From Truepera sp. (GTDB taxonomy: Bacteria; Deinococcota; Deinococci; Deinococcales; Trueperaceae), in assembly GCA_965218435.1 (NCBI GenBank), contig CBDCKW010000009.1, forward strand, positions 64,001-128,000: a stretch of DNA of 64,000 bases, given 5' to 3'. Made by a program: the position numbers and the translations under genes. Under the pieces are notes generated by a model. The model was given only the letters and a program-made list of their open reading frames with translations, made no database searches and was not told the DNA's origin. Below are positions 9,981 to 20,705 of the stretch, one piece after another (the stretch's first letter is position 1; each line of letters opens with the position of its first letter).

Positions 9981-11468
9981 TTACGACGTGCCCCGGTAGC
10001 TTACCGCTTCGGCGAGGTGCGCTTCGCTTAACTTCGCCTCACCCCCGAGGTCGGCAATGGTTCTGGCGACGCGTAAAAGCCGGTCGAAACCGCGTCCGGA
10101 CAAGGCCAGCTGTTTGGCCACGGCTTGAGCAAAGGCACCGGCGCTGGGTGAGAGCGCCGCGTGTTCGCGGAGCGCCGTACCGCCAAGTTCGGCGTTGGGG
10201 ACACCCTGGCGGGCTACCGCGCACGAGCGTGCCGCCTCGACCCTGGCCTGCACGACGCCACTGGCTTCACCAAGCGGGGCGTGCAGGAGTTCGTCGGGGG
10301 AGAGGCGCGGCACGCCTAGGCGCAGGTCAATCCGGTCTAAAAGCGGCCCGCTGAGGCGTTCGCGGTAACGTTGACGGAGTGTCGGCGAACACGTGCAGGG
10401 CTTTTGCGCGTCGCCGTAAAAGCCGCACGGACACGGGTTTTGTGACGCCACAAGCATAAAGCGGGCCGGGAAGGTGAGGGCGGCGCGGGCGCGGCTGATC
10501 GTGACCACGCCGTCCTCGAGCGGTTGCCGTAAAACTTCTAAAACGCGCCTCGAGAACTCCGGGAACTCGTCCATAAAGAGCACGCCCCGGTGTGCCAACG
10601 ACACTTCGCCCGGTCGCGGGATATTGCCACCGCCGATCAGCCCTGCGTCCGAAACGGTGTGGTGCGGGCTCCGAAAGGGTGGGTGCTGGATGAGGCCACC
10701 TTGTAAAGTTCCAGCGCTCGAGTGAATCCGGGTCACCTCGGTCGCTTCACCGCGCGTCAGGTGCGGCATCACCCCCGGTAAGCGCCGTGCCAGCATGGTT
10801 TTGCCCGATCCGGGCGGCCCGCTGAGCAGCAAGTTGTGCGCTCCGGCGGCGGCGATTTCTAACGCACGTTTGGCCGCGCTCTGCCCCTTGATGTCGGCTA
10901 AATCCAAAAAATCTTTGGGAACTGCTGCGGCTTCAGGGACCGTCGGCGTAAGCTCTTCGCGCCCCTGCAAAAAAGCGACGGTCTGCTCGAGCGTCTCCGG
11001 CGCGTAAACCTCCAAACCTTCAATCGCCGCCGCCTCTTGCGCATTCTCAGGTGCGACGATCAGCCGCTCGATTCCGGCCTGCGCCGCGTAGAGTGCGACG
11101 TTGATGACGCCGCGCACGGGCCGGAGTGCGCCGTCTAACGCGAGCTCACCGACGATTAAAGTGCGCTCTAAGGCCCGCTCTTGGATCACCCCTTGTGCGA
11201 GCAAAATCGCCAGCGCAATCGGCAGGTCAAACGCCGGGCCTTCTTTGCGAACGTCCGCCGGGGCTAAATTGACGACGATCCGCGTCGCGGGAAAGGGCAA
11301 GCCCGTATTACGAATCGCCGAACGGACCCGTTCGCGCGACTCTTGCACAGCGGCGTCGGGCAGGCCGACGATCATCATCCCCGGCAGGCCGCCCGCCACA
11401 TCAACTTCGATCTCGACGGCGTAGGCGTCTACGCCTAAAAGCGCGGCGGCGGTTAGTTTGGCAAACAC
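9981..11468 (-). CDS. comM: YifB/ComM Mg-chelatase-like AAA+ ATPase
   Basis: [43 protein letters not shown]. Confidence 0.93.
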   Translation of the reverse strand: MFAKLTAAALLGVDAYAVEIEVDVAGGLPGMMIVGLPDAAVQESRERVRSAIRNTGLPFPATRIVVNLAPADVRKEGPAFDLPIALAILLAQGVIQERALERTLIVGELALDGALRPVRGVINVALYAAQAGIERLIVAPENAQEAAAIEGLEVYAPETLEQTVAFLQGREELTPTVPEAAAVPKDFLDLADIKGQSAAKRALEIAAAGAHNLLLSGPPGSGKTMLARRLPGVMPHLTRGEATEVTRIHSSAGTLQGGLIQHPPFRSPHHTVSDAGLIGGGNIPRPGEVSLAHRGVLFMDEFPEFSRRVLEVLRQPLEDGVVTISRARAALTFPARFMLVASQNPCPCGFYGDAQKPCTCSPTLRQRYRERLSGPLLDRIDLRLGVPRLSPDELLHAPLGEASGVVQARVEAARSCAVARQGVPNAELGGTALREHAALSPSAGAFAQAVAKQLALSGRGFDRLLRVARTIADLGGEAKLSEAHLAEAVSYRGTS

Positions 11469-11510
11469 GCCTCCAGTCTAGGTGAAGCTGCCGCCGCGCG
11501 AGATGAAAAA

Positions 11511-12350
11511 CTAGGCAGGATAGGCGTAAAACCCGTAGGTGCCGGGGCCGACGTGCGCGGCGATGACCGCGCCGATCTCATAGGTACCGCCGTCACGGTA
11601 CTCGAGCCCACTCTTCTTCAGCTCCTGGCGCAAAACTTCGACGGCGGACAGGTCTTGAATATGCAAAAAATAGACGAACGGTGTCCCCTTGTCAGCGAGA
11701 CCTTTAAGGTCGCCTAGCATCGTCTGGAGGGCTTTTTTGGTGCCGCGTACCCGCCCGACGGGTTCGACGCGCCCGTCAACGACCGACAAGATCGGTTTGA
11801 TATTGAGCAAGCTGCCGAGCAGCGCGTTGGCTCCGCCGATCCGCCCGTTTTTCTTGAGGTAGTCGAGGTTGCCGACCGTAAACCGGAGCATCGCCTGGGC
11901 GCGGATGTGCGTCAGCTCGTCCAAGATGGTGGCAATTTCAGCCCCTTGGTCACGCAACTCGGCGGCCCGTTTGAGCATCATGGCGATGCCTAGACTCGCG
12001 GCTAACGAGTCGAAGACATGAACCGGTACCGAAACTTCGTCAGCGGCGACGCTCGCCGACTGGTACGTCCCGGAGAGCTGGCTCGAGATCGTCACACATA
12101 AAATCTCGGTCGCGCCCCGCGTCACGGCCGCTTCAAACGCGCCCGTAAAATCTTGTGGGCTCGGCTGGCTGGTGCTGGGAATGGCGGCACCCGCAGCGAC
12201 GCCCGCAACAATGTCGTGCGGGTTGATCTCGAGCCAATCTTTGTAGACCTCACCCTTAAAATTGACGTAGAGCGGCACCCGGTAAATCTTGAGCTCGTTT
12301 AACTCAGCCTCGGGCAAATCGCAGGTCGAGTCGGTAATGATGGCGAGCAT
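11511..12350 (-). CDS. DegV-family fatty-acid-binding protein
   Basis: ITDSTCDL, TSQPS, ISSQLSGTY, GRIG, HVGPG. Confidence 0.93.
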   Translation of the reverse strand: MLAIITDSTCDLPEAELNELKIYRVPLYVNFKGEVYKDWLEINPHDIVAGVAAGAAIPSTSQPSPQDFTGAFEAAVTRGATEILCVTISSQLSGTYQSASVAADEVSVPVHVFDSLAASLGIAMMLKRAAELRDQGAEIATILDELTHIRAQAMLRFTVGNLDYLKKNGRIGGANALLGSLLNIKPILSVVDGRVEPVGRVRGTKKALQTMLGDLKGLADKGTPFVYFLHIQDLSAVEVLRQELKKSGLEYRDGGTYEIGAVIAAHVGPGTYGFYAYPA

Positions 12351-12436
12351 AGGCCCTCCTCGTAAATAGATGTCCCTTACGATACCCCAAAACGCGCTTT
12401 AGCTAGCACACGTTCTGAGCGTCTAAAATGTAGCGT

Positions 12437-12715
12437 ATGAAATGGGCGGGTTATTACGAGGGTGTGGTGCTGGCACTTTTGCACGCGCTGGCCGCTTGGC
12501 TGACGCTTGTCGCCGGGTTTGCCTTCGTAGTCCGGCAGACCGGGATGCCGGGCAGCATCTTGGTCGTCGCGCTCTTTATCTCGTTGCCGATTTTGCTTCA
12601 GGGGATGTTGGCGCTGGTGTTTGGCCGCTACCGACGGGTTCCGGCGCTCGGCTGGATTGTGACGGGGATGCTCGAGGGCGTAGGCGTCGTCTTTTTGCTG
12701 TTTTTGTTGTTCTAG
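12437..12715 (+). CDS. Small hypothetical membrane protein
   Basis: 92 aa, three hydrophobic segments, fills the gap between two minus-strand genes. Confidence 0.6.
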   Translation: MKWAGYYEGVVLALLHALAAWLTLVAGFAFVVRQTGMPGSILVVALFISLPILLQGMLALVFGRYRRVPALGWIVTGMLEGVGVVFLLFLLF

Positions 12716-12795
12716 TCTGGGTCGTGCTGAGATTTGCCTTGGTCATCACATTCTGAGTACGTGAGAGCCGCTGTTTTCTCAACCGCGTCGGTAAC

Positions 12796-12823
12796 TTCTC
12801 AATTCTCCATTCTGAATTCTTAA
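12796..12823. repeat. TTCTnnA heptamer array
   Basis: TTCTCAA TTCTCCA TTCTGAA TTCTTAA. Confidence 0.7.
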
Positions 12824-12862
12824 GCTACATAGCATGACTTTATAACGTCAATAAAAACTCAG

Positions 12863-13396
12863 CTACGCCTTGCGCTCCCATAACAGCAGCGTTCCTTCCC
12901 CGTCAGATTTCTGCCCCACCTGCTCAAAACCTGTTTTTTGCAACACCCGAACCGAGGCGTGATTGGTCTCGAGACATTCCGCCGTTACCACCCTCACACT
13001 GGGTTGCTCGAGCAGCCACCTGACGAGTGCGCCGACGATTTCCGTGGTGTACCCGCGTCCCCGAGCTTCTGGAATAAGGCTGTAGCCGATTTCGATAAGA
13101 CCGTTTTCGTCCGGTTTGCCCTTACACCCGAGCTGCCCAACTGCTGTCAGTGCCCCGCGCTCGACGAGTGTACCGTCCCAAGGTTCATCGTCCGGGTTCG
13201 CTTCTAATTGCTCGATCAACCGGGGAAAGATAACGAGCGCGTCTCCCGGCCACGCGGCTGGAAAGGTCACGGTCTCGGGGCCACTCGCTAACGGTAGCTC
13301 CGCGGTAAAGGTGTCGCCCTGCTCGAGCCTTCCCTTCAGCACGTCTAACGGGGTAGCCACCAGCACAAGCCGCTGAGTCTCGAGATAAAACCTCAC
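12863..13396 (-). CDS. GNAT acetyltransferase (RimJ/RimL-like)
   Basis: LETQRL, EIGYSLIPEARGRG, NHASVRVLQKTGF; start taken at GTG 13396 (GTGA overlap). Confidence 0.85.
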   Translation of the reverse strand: MRFYLETQRLVLVATPLDVLKGRLEQGDTFTAELPLASGPETVTFPAAWPGDALVIFPRLIEQLEANPDDEPWDGTLVERGALTAVGQLGCKGKPDENGLIEIGYSLIPEARGRGYTTEIVGALVRWLLEQPSVRVVTAECLETNHASVRVLQKTGFEQVGQKSDGEGTLLLWERKA

Positions 13397-13731
13397 GCTG
13401 GGTCTGGGCGTTGGGGCAGTTTGTTGCGGCAGTTTGTACAATACGCTTGTTCAGGCACCCGCTCTTTACAACTCGGGCAGATGATTGAATTACGAATCAC
13501 CGCCCGCACACCCATCTCTTTAAGCTCAGCGGCGATGAGCACCGCGTCTTCTTCACTCACGTCGGTGACGCTCAGCTCAATATCGTCGGCAAACGCTGAG
13601 ACGATGTAGCTGCCGCGCACATAAGGTTGGGTATGGTCTCCCCGGTTTGCGGCACTGACCGCCGTGCTTACGTCGCGGAAATACTGCCATAAAGGATGGT
13701 CGTTCACACGCCAGGGTAACTCGAGCGTCAC
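13393..13731 (-). CDS. Hypothetical protein with C-terminal zinc ribbon
   Basis: CPSC...CTNC. Confidence 0.7.
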   Translation of the reverse strand: MTLELPWRVNDHPLWQYFRDVSTAVSAANRGDHTQPYVRGSYIVSAFADDIELSVTDVSEEDAVLIAAELKEMGVRAVIRNSIICPSCKERVPEQAYCTNCRNKLPQRPDPA

Positions 13732-13746
13732 TTACAGGTGAGCAGA

Positions 13747-14745
13747 TTAAAAAACGTCTTTACTTTGTTCCAACCATAAAGCTTGTGTAGGCACAAAGCT
13801 GCCGACACGGTACTCGTCTATGCCAAACGCTTTAAGTATCTGCATAGCGTCATGCTCCTCTTCATCGGATACTTTATCTTTCCACTTTTGCACGAGGCGT
13901 CGGCGCTTACTCTCACTTGGGGGCTCACCGAGTAGCTGTTTTGTCTCCTTGTCTGACTTATTTTTAACGCCCGACGCCTTATCCAGCAGCTCGAGCGCAC
14001 GCTGTTTGTCCGGAAGCATAAGTTTTTCGGCTAGATATTCGACGACCGGTTCAGGTTGCAAAACCAGCTGTTCGTAACTGAGAACTGCCCAGTCGGGCTG
14101 TCTATCGCGTAAAGGCAGGGCGTTTTGAAAGCACCAGTCAAGAACACCTTTTTGAAGTTTAGAGCCCTCACGGATAATTGCCGCTGCTAGGTTGAGCTGG
14201 GTGCTGGTAAAGCGTCGGCTGAAGTCGCTGTTAAGGTACGCTTCAAGCCGCGGGAACTCCTTGCGGGACAACGTGACCGCAATAGGATGACGAACAAAAA
14301 AAACGATTTTTCCTCCGAAGGTGTCTCGAAACCAGTTCAACCGGTCTTCGCCCCCATGGAGGATTTTGAATACGATCCGCCGCGTAACGGGCTTATAGTA
14401 GCGGTTTAACCAGGGTGCAGGTTCAGCTGTGTGTATTTTGTTCGAGCAGTACCCCTCGACGTAGCACTGTACTAGTGGCAGGAAACTGTCGCTCTGCAGC
14501 TTTTCCCAAGTGTCTATCCCCAGATGCCTCCGCACAAGAGGTACCCGGAGGTCGAAAGGTTCATTAACCGCCTTAAAACCTGGTTGACTCCAAATCAGTT
14601 CCATCAGCCAGGTCGAACCGCTGCGCGGAGTTGTAAACAAAAACACGTGAGGAAGATTTCCGGGTCGATGAACTGAGGTAAAACTTCGGATAATGTTATA
14701 GAGGTTGTATTTTACCGGTTGAGGAATAGCCTTTTTCAGTATCAT
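13747..14745 (-). CDS. Sulfotransferase family protein
   Basis: PAPS-binding TPRSGSTWL, VRHP, SYEQLV; lower GC than flanks. Confidence 0.85.
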   Translation of the reverse strand: MILKKAIPQPVKYNLYNIIRSFTSVHRPGNLPHVFLFTTPRSGSTWLMELIWSQPGFKAVNEPFDLRVPLVRRHLGIDTWEKLQSDSFLPLVQCYVEGYCSNKIHTAEPAPWLNRYYKPVTRRIVFKILHGGEDRLNWFRDTFGGKIVFFVRHPIAVTLSRKEFPRLEAYLNSDFSRRFTSTQLNLAAAIIREGSKLQKGVLDWCFQNALPLRDRQPDWAVLSYEQLVLQPEPVVEYLAEKLMLPDKQRALELLDKASGVKNKSDKETKQLLGEPPSESKRRRLVQKWKDKVSDEEEHDAMQILKAFGIDEYRVGSFVPTQALWLEQSKDVF

Positions 14746-15045
14746 ACTAAAACTATGACGTAAATCACTCGCTTTGACTAGTTAGTGTGTCACAGAACAA
14801 ACCGAACCTGCTCTAAATTAAAGGGTAGCAAGTTAAGCCCCAACCTTAATGCGGTAAAAGACAACGGAAAGCGAAGCTTCACAGCGGAATCCAAGCTCGA
14901 GGGCATGGATAAAAGCATGATAGATACTGCCTGCTATAGGGGACGGTTATTCGCGCTTATGAGTACCGCGAGCTGCCCATAAGCGCCGTATAGCGCACCC
15001 CCCGGCGAGGGGCTCGAGCCGCGCCATCTACCGGTACGCGTGGTT

Positions 15046-15969
15046 CTAGGCTTTGCCTGCTGTTTCCATCAGTTCAAACTTCTCGGCGACAACCTGCGCC
15101 ATATAGTCGCGGCCTAAAGCCAAGATTTTACGTGGGTCAAACTCTTCGGGCGTATTGAACAGGGTTTCACGCAGCCCCAGCGTAAACGCCAAGCGGAGGT
15201 CGGTATCCACGTTGACTTTCGCAACACCTGTGGAGAGTACCTGCCGGATATCGTCATCATGTATTCCCGCCGGGTCACCGATATCCGCGCCTGTCGCCCG
15301 AAGCTTGTCAATCAGGTAGTGCGGCACACCCGACGACCCGTGCATCACCAGCGGAACAGCTAAACGTTCAGAAAGCTGACGAATCCGCCCGTGGTCAATG
15401 TACGGGCGGCCCTTGCCCTTGTACGCGCCATGCGAGGTGCCGATGGCAACGGCGAGGTAGTCTACCCCGGTTTCCTCGACAAACAGCTCGGCTTCGTCCG
15501 GGTCGGTCAAAAAGGCGTCTCTGGCCGAAACGTTGACGTCATCTTCAATCCCGCCCAAACGCCCTAACTCAGCCTCGACGGAGACCCCGACGGCGTGTGC
15601 GGCCTCTACGCACTTAAGCGTCTCGGCGATGTTTTCGTCTAATGGATGGTGTGACGCGTCAATCATCACACTCGTAAACCCGGCCCGAAGTGCCTGCATG
15701 ACCTTGACGTAATCCGCGCCGTGGTCGAGGTGTAGAGCTACCGGAACCGACACGTGACTCGCCATCTCACGGACCAACATAGCGAGGGTGTCGCCGCCAG
15801 CGTAGCGGCGGGCGCTGTCTGAAACCTGCACGATCACAGGGGCACGTAACCGCTCGGCGGTGTCTAAAATGGCCTGGGTCGTCTCGAGGTTGCTGGTGTT
15901 AAAGCTCGGCACAGCGTAACCGCCGTTTTTCGCTTTGTCTAAAATCTCTTTTCCGATGACTAAAGGCAT
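15046..15969 (-). CDS. fba: Class II fructose-bisphosphate aldolase
   Basis: HLDHG, DASH, EAELG, GTSHGAYK, HGSSG, KVNVDTD. Confidence 0.96.
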   Translation of the reverse strand: MPLVIGKEILDKAKNGGYAVPSFNTSNLETTQAILDTAERLRAPVIVQVSDSARRYAGGDTLAMLVREMASHVSVPVALHLDHGADYVKVMQALRAGFTSVMIDASHHPLDENIAETLKCVEAAHAVGVSVEAELGRLGGIEDDVNVSARDAFLTDPDEAELFVEETGVDYLAVAIGTSHGAYKGKGRPYIDHGRIRQLSERLAVPLVMHGSSGVPHYLIDKLRATGADIGDPAGIHDDDIRQVLSTGVAKVNVDTDLRLAFTLGLRETLFNTPEEFDPRKILALGRDYMAQVVAEKFELMETAGKA

Positions 15970-15996
15970 AGGTCTCCTGGTTCTTACAAAGCTGAA

Positions 15997-16665
15997 CTAG
16001 CTTTCGCTGCGTAGGGCCGCGAAGTTATCTTTGATAGGCCGTCCGTTATAAATGGCGCTGCCGACGACCACGATGTCCGCACCCGCCGCGCCGACCAGAG
16101 AAATGTTATCAGCTTTAACGCCGCCGTCAACCTCGAGCACACACCCCGGATTTACGGCGTCGCGCATCTCCTTAAGCCTTTTTAACCGCTCAGTGGTACC
16201 GGGGATATAGCTCTGACCGCCAAAACCAGGATTCACGCTCAAAACGAGTACCAGGTCAAGCTCGGCTAAAAAAGGCTCGAGCACGACGAGCGGTGTACCA
16301 GGATTGAGGGCCAAGCCCACTTTTTTACCCTGTTCTTTGACCTTTTGAACCGCGCGGTAAGGGTGTTTGGTCGCCTCGTAGTGAACGATAATAAGGTCCG
16401 ACCCGGCCTCGGCAAACATCGCTACATACTGCTCGGGTTCATCAATCATCAGGTGAATGTGCAGCGGCAACCCGGTCGCCCGCCGCACCGCCGCCACGAT
16501 ACTCGGCCCAAAGCTGATATTCGGAACGAAGTTGCCGTCCATTACATCTAAGTGAAAGAGCTCAGCGCCCGCCGCTTCAGCCTCTCTAATCTGCGCCGCC
16601 AAATGCCCGAAGTCGGCGGTTAGGATTGACGGGGCAATCTTAGGCAGCGTTTTAGGTGCAAGCAT
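15997..16665 (-). CDS. rpe: Ribulose-phosphate 3-epimerase
   Basis: APSIL, HLDVMDGNFVPN, SVNPGFGGQ, VDGG. Confidence 0.96.
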   Translation of the reverse strand: MLAPKTLPKIAPSILTADFGHLAAQIREAEAAGAELFHLDVMDGNFVPNISFGPSIVAAVRRATGLPLHIHLMIDEPEQYVAMFAEAGSDLIIVHYEATKHPYRAVQKVKEQGKKVGLALNPGTPLVVLEPFLAELDLVLVLSVNPGFGGQSYIPGTTERLKRLKEMRDAVNPGCVLEVDGGVKADNISLVGAAGADIVVVGSAIYNGRPIKDNFAALRSES

Positions 16666-16783
16666 AAATTCCTGTCGAATAGCTCATCGTTTTATCTTAC
16701 CTTTACGGTTCATTTTATGGCTCCCGGGCGCTTCTGCTGTTCTCGTAACAGGCCCAAACCGGCGCGGGCTCTAAACTAGCCTG

Positions 16784-17722
16784 ATGAGTGCTATAGAGTC
16801 CGTAAAATCCAAGATGTTAGACGCGTTCGTCGGTCACACGCCGGTCGTAAAACTCCAAAAGGTCGTGACACCCGAAATGGCTGAGGTGTGGGTCAAGCTC
16901 GAGGGTCAAAACCCGGCAGGCTCGATCAAAGACCGCACCGCGCTGGGGATGATCTTAGACGCCGAAGAACGCGGCATCCTGACCCCCGGCAGCGGGCAAA
17001 CCATCGTCGAACCCACCAGCGGCAACACCGGTATCGGCCTGTCATTCATCTCTTCAATTCGCGGTTACCGCTGCGTCATCGTCTTGCCCGACACGATGAG
17101 CGAAGAGCGCAAACGGACGCTCGAGGCTTACGGTGCGGAACTCGTCTTTACCCCCGGCGAACAGCGGATGCAGGGCGCGATCCCCAAAGCGCAAGAGATT
17201 GCTGAAGCGACGGGCGCGTGGCTGCCCAACCAGTTTGAGAACCCGGCGAACCCGCGCTACCACCACCGCGTCACCGGGCCGGAATTATGGACGCAGCTGC
17301 AGGGCCGGATTGACGCCTTTGTCTGGGCGTCAGGGACGGGCGGCAGCATCAGCGGGGTGGGGCGTTACTTCAAGGAGCAGAATCCGAACATCAAAGTTTA
17401 CGCCGTCGAACCTGCGCGGAGCGCCGTGATTAACGGCCACGAGCGCGGCCAGCACAAGTTTCAGGGGATGGGGCCGGGGTTTATTCCGGGCAACCTGGAC
17501 GTTGACCTGTTAGACGGCGCAATCATGGCGTGGGAAGAGGACGCCTTTCCGCTCGTGCGGCGGCTGGCGCGTGAAGAGGGCATTTTCGTCGGGATGAGCA
17601 GCGGCGCGACGATTTGGGCGGCGTTGGGGAAGGCCAAAGAACTCGGCCCTGGTAAGGTCGTGGTGTGTATCGCGGCGGATACGGGGGCGCGGTATATGAG
17701 TACGGAGCTGTTTTCCGAATAG
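16784..17722 (+). CDS. cysK: Cysteine synthase A
   Basis: KLEGQNPAGSIKDR, PTSGNTG, GTGG, QGMG. Confidence 0.93.
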   Translation: MSAIESVKSKMLDAFVGHTPVVKLQKVVTPEMAEVWVKLEGQNPAGSIKDRTALGMILDAEERGILTPGSGQTIVEPTSGNTGIGLSFISSIRGYRCVIVLPDTMSEERKRTLEAYGAELVFTPGEQRMQGAIPKAQEIAEATGAWLPNQFENPANPRYHHRVTGPELWTQLQGRIDAFVWASGTGGSISGVGRYFKEQNPNIKVYAVEPARSAVINGHERGQHKFQGMGPGFIPGNLDVDLLDGAIMAWEEDAFPLVRRLAREEGIFVGMSSGATIWAALGKAKELGPGKVVVCIAADTGARYMSTELFSE

Positions 17723-17738
17723 AGTTACTAACGTACAA

Positions 17739-17764
17739 CCGACTTGAAAAAGTCGGATGGTTTT
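17739..17764 (+). terminator. Probable intrinsic terminator after cysK
   Basis: CCGACTT-GAAA-AAGTCGG hairpin followed by a weak T tract. Confidence 0.5.
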
Positions 17765-17988
17765 CGGAGACTTGAAACGTTACTGGCTTAGAGGCTAACG
17801 GGTGCCCATTACCTGGGCTGATAAATGAGCCAAGAACGCTGAGGAGTATCATCCTACAGTTTTAGATTGGACGTACTTATTCGTGTTCAAATTACAACGC
17901 GAACAGCTGGAATAACCTTGACATTTACCTCCTAAACTCAGCTCGAGGCTGAGACAGCCCAACCGAACTGGCATACTTAGGAGGCTTT

Positions 17989-19494
17989 ATGAAGGTTTTA
18001 ACGGTGGTAAGTGGGCTGCTTTTGGCAACTGCGCCGCTCGCTTCGGCGCAGACCGGAACATTCCCAACCATGCCGCTCACCCACAAACTCGCACCTTTTA
18101 TCATGACGCACGCGTTTGCGCAAAAGGTCGGGGCGACCGCCGAGTGGCGCAAGATGGAAGGGCTCGCGCTCGACGAAAAAAATCACAAGCTCTATCTGGC
18201 GATCAGCGATATCGGCGAAGGGATGGCCGACGGTGAGGGTGACATCGCCCTTGAAGCCAACCCTTGCGGCGCAGTCTACGTCGCCGACCTAGATGCGGAC
18301 TTTAATATCACCTCGTATAAGCCTTTAGTAGTTGGCGGGCCTTACGACGAAGCGGCGGCGGCCAACAGCTGTGCGTTAGCTGGGATTGCCAGCCCTGACA
18401 ACTTAGCCGTTGACGCGCAGGGCCGGGTGTGGATCGGCGAAGACACCAGTTACCACACCAACAACATGCTCTGGGTCTACGACCCGAAAACCGAAGCACT
18501 CAAGCGTTTTGCCACAGTACCTTTAGGTGCTGAAGTCACGGGTCTGGCCGTAACCCCGACCGGTACGGTCTTTATGAACGTTCAACACCCCGACCCCAGA
18601 AACGTCTATCCCTTTAACCGTGGGGTGATCGGCGTGGTCACCGGATTTAACGCTTCAGCTGACGATTTCAGCGCACTACAAGTTCCTCAAAACGATGCTC
18701 AAAAGCAGGCCCAAGTAGCAGCGGGTTCATATCAGGTGATCGGCCGTGTGGGTGACCCGCTCGTCGCCGACTCCGGTAAGACGAGCGGCAGCGGTTTGGG
18801 CGAAATTACGACGGTTTCAAACCGGCAGCTGGCGTTTTGCAACAATCCCGACGGTAACGTCTTTTTGAGCAATAACAGTGCCGGGACCGAAGGCTATTTG
18901 TACACCAATTTGGAGTGTCAACCCGGCGGCGTCAGCAAGCTCTATATTCGCCGCGGTAATAGCGGCACGTGGCAGACGCTCGAGGGCGAACAGGTCAACT
19001 TTGCCAGCGTCAACGGGACCTGGAACAACTGTAATGCCAAGGTTACTCCGTGGGGAACGGACCTAAGCGGTGAAGAGTATCCGGCAGAATCAGCTGACGA
19101 CTGGGACGGCGGGTCAGCTATGGCTGCTTATCTAGGCCACGCGGCGAACCCTTACGACTACGGCTACCTGATCGAACTCAACCCTCAAGAAGGTATCGGG
19201 ACTGAAGTTGCCAAGCACTATGCGATGGGGCGTATCAGCGCTGAACACGGTCTGGTCATGCCCGACTCGCGCACGACCTATATGGGCGATGACGGCACCG
19301 ACCGGGTGCTTTACAAGTTCGTCGCCGACGAAGCGGGAGACCTGGACGCGGGTACCCTTTATGCCGCTAAGGTCGCGCAACAGAAAGACGGTTCTTTTAA
19401 CCTCAAGTGGCTTAAACTCGGTCACGGCGTCAGTGACGAGATTTACGCGGGGATTCGCAAACTTGACACGCAGCTCGAGGCGGCAAGCAACTAG
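17989..19494 (+). CDS. phoX: Secreted PhoX/DUF839-family alkaline phosphatase, circularly permuted
   Basis: Signal peptide; PhoX motifs present (KMEG, SPDNL, GAEVTG, QHP, GTWNNC..TPWGT..GEE, GRISAE, YMGDD) in rotated order; SD AGGAGG. Confidence 0.8.
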   Translation: MKVLTVVSGLLLATAPLASAQTGTFPTMPLTHKLAPFIMTHAFAQKVGATAEWRKMEGLALDEKNHKLYLAISDIGEGMADGEGDIALEANPCGAVYVADLDADFNITSYKPLVVGGPYDEAAAANSCALAGIASPDNLAVDAQGRVWIGEDTSYHTNNMLWVYDPKTEALKRFATVPLGAEVTGLAVTPTGTVFMNVQHPDPRNVYPFNRGVIGVVTGFNASADDFSALQVPQNDAQKQAQVAAGSYQVIGRVGDPLVADSGKTSGSGLGEITTVSNRQLAFCNNPDGNVFLSNNSAGTEGYLYTNLECQPGGVSKLYIRRGNSGTWQTLEGEQVNFASVNGTWNNCNAKVTPWGTDLSGEEYPAESADDWDGGSAMAAYLGHAANPYDYGYLIELNPQEGIGTEVAKHYAMGRISAEHGLVMPDSRTTYMGDDGTDRVLYKFVADEAGDLDAGTLYAAKVAQQKDGSFNLKWLKLGHGVSDEIYAGIRKLDTQLEAASN

Positions 19495-19534
19495 ACCCAG
19501 ACAACTAGACCCCAGAAAGCCTTACCCAATAACC

Positions 19535-19565
19535 AAACGCGGAGTGTCAAAGCTCCGCGTTTTTA
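19535..19565. terminator. Bidirectional intrinsic terminator
   Basis: AAACGCGGAG...CTCCGCGTTTTT between convergent genes. Confidence 0.8.
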
Positions 19566-19602
19566 TGGTTTTGGTTAGAGAGGTGGAGCTCTCAAGCTTG
19601 CC

Positions 19603-20067
19603 TCAACTCACGGCTTTTTTCACGAGCGCACCGATTTGCTCCTCTACGGCGGCGGTCAATTCCTTTAACGCAAAGGCAGTCGGCCACATGTCGCCTTCGT
19701 CGAGGTTCGCTTGGTCACTGAAGCCGAGCGTCGCGTACCTGGTGTTGAACTTTTGCGCGCTCTGAAAGTGGCACACCACCTTGCCGTCCTTGGTATACGC
19801 GGGCATGCCGTACCAGGTTTTTGGCGTGAGGTCTGGTGCGCTGGCTTTAATGAGGGCGTGGAGCCGCGTAGCTATCGCGCGATCCGCTTCCTTCATCGCA
19901 GTGATCGCCTCGAGCACGGCACTTTCCCCAGCCTCGCGGTCTTTGTTGGCGCGAGCTTCTGCCTTGAGCTCTTTAGCGCGCTCTTTCATCGCGGCCCGTT
20001 CGTCGTCTGTAAATCCCTCGGACTTTTTGCTAGTCGCGTTGGTGCTTTTGGTGGACTGCTTGGTCAT
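19603..20067 (-). CDS. DUF1801/YdhG-like protein
   Basis: [44 protein letters not shown] 20067 overlaps the upstream stop. Confidence 0.85.
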   Translation of the reverse strand: MTKQSTKSTNATSKKSEGFTDDERAAMKERAKELKAEARANKDREAGESAVLEAITAMKEADRAIATRLHALIKASAPDLTPKTWYGMPAYTKDGKVVCHFQSAQKFNTRYATLGFSDQANLDEGDMWPTAFALKELTAAVEEQIGALVKKAVS

Positions 20068-20705
20068 GCGATTCTCCCTTCTTGTTTTATGGTCTGATTG
20101 GATTTTCTTGTGGCCGTTCGGGGCAGCTTGTCGGGAAGGATGTTCCCTAATACGCGGCTTGCCGGTCGGAGCGCCCACGAAATGACGATGAGCACGAGCA
20201 GGTGCAGCGCGTTGATAACGTGAAACATGGGGGAACCAAAGCCCGCTGGAATGGGAACGCCGTCAATCACGGTGACCACCAGCCAGGAGACAAACGCCCC
20301 CGTCATGTTGAAGACAAGACCTGCGTACGCCCATTCTTTGAGCCTGGGAAAACGAGGAACGACGATAGCTACCGCTCCGAGCATCTTGCACACGCCGATG
20401 ATATAGACGAAGTAAAGCGGGTAGCCAAGGATTGCGACGACCGTCTTGATGCCGATGCTCGAAAACTGCAGACCCATAGCTGCGTCAAGCACTTCCGCTA
20501 GGCCGCCGTAGAACAGTGCCAGCGCGACGTAGCCGGTGATGCCCCAATAGGCAATCCTCATTACCCTGGTAAGAACTCCCCTCGAACTGCCTTTGCTTTT
20601 CCCATCCGCCTTTAGTTCTTGGTTACGTGTTTTCATTGCCGCTTCCTCCGCATCCATGAATTCCTTGCTCTGCGTGCTCCTCTGTGCAGATATCCTCTCA
20701 GCCAT
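20064..20705 (-). CDS. DoxX-like membrane protein with a DUF1801-like N-terminal extension
   Basis: [30 protein letters not shown]; start taken at ATG 20705. Confidence 0.8.
   Translation of the reverse strand: MAERISAQRSTQSKEFMDAEEAAMKTRNQELKADGKSKGSSRGVLTRVMRIAYWGITGYVALALFYGGLAEVLDAAMGLQFSSIGIKTVVAILGYPLYFVYIIGVCKMLGAVAIVVPRFPRLKEWAYAGLVFNMTGAFVSWLVVTVIDGVPIPAGFGSPMFHVINALHLLVLIVISWALRPASRVLGNILPDKLPRTATRKSNQTIKQEGRIA

Noticed and set aside
16732..16748. TTCTGCTGTTCTCGTAA as a DdrO/RDRM radiation-response site
   Set aside because: Mismatch at a conserved position, and the flanking rpe/cysK are not typical regulon members.
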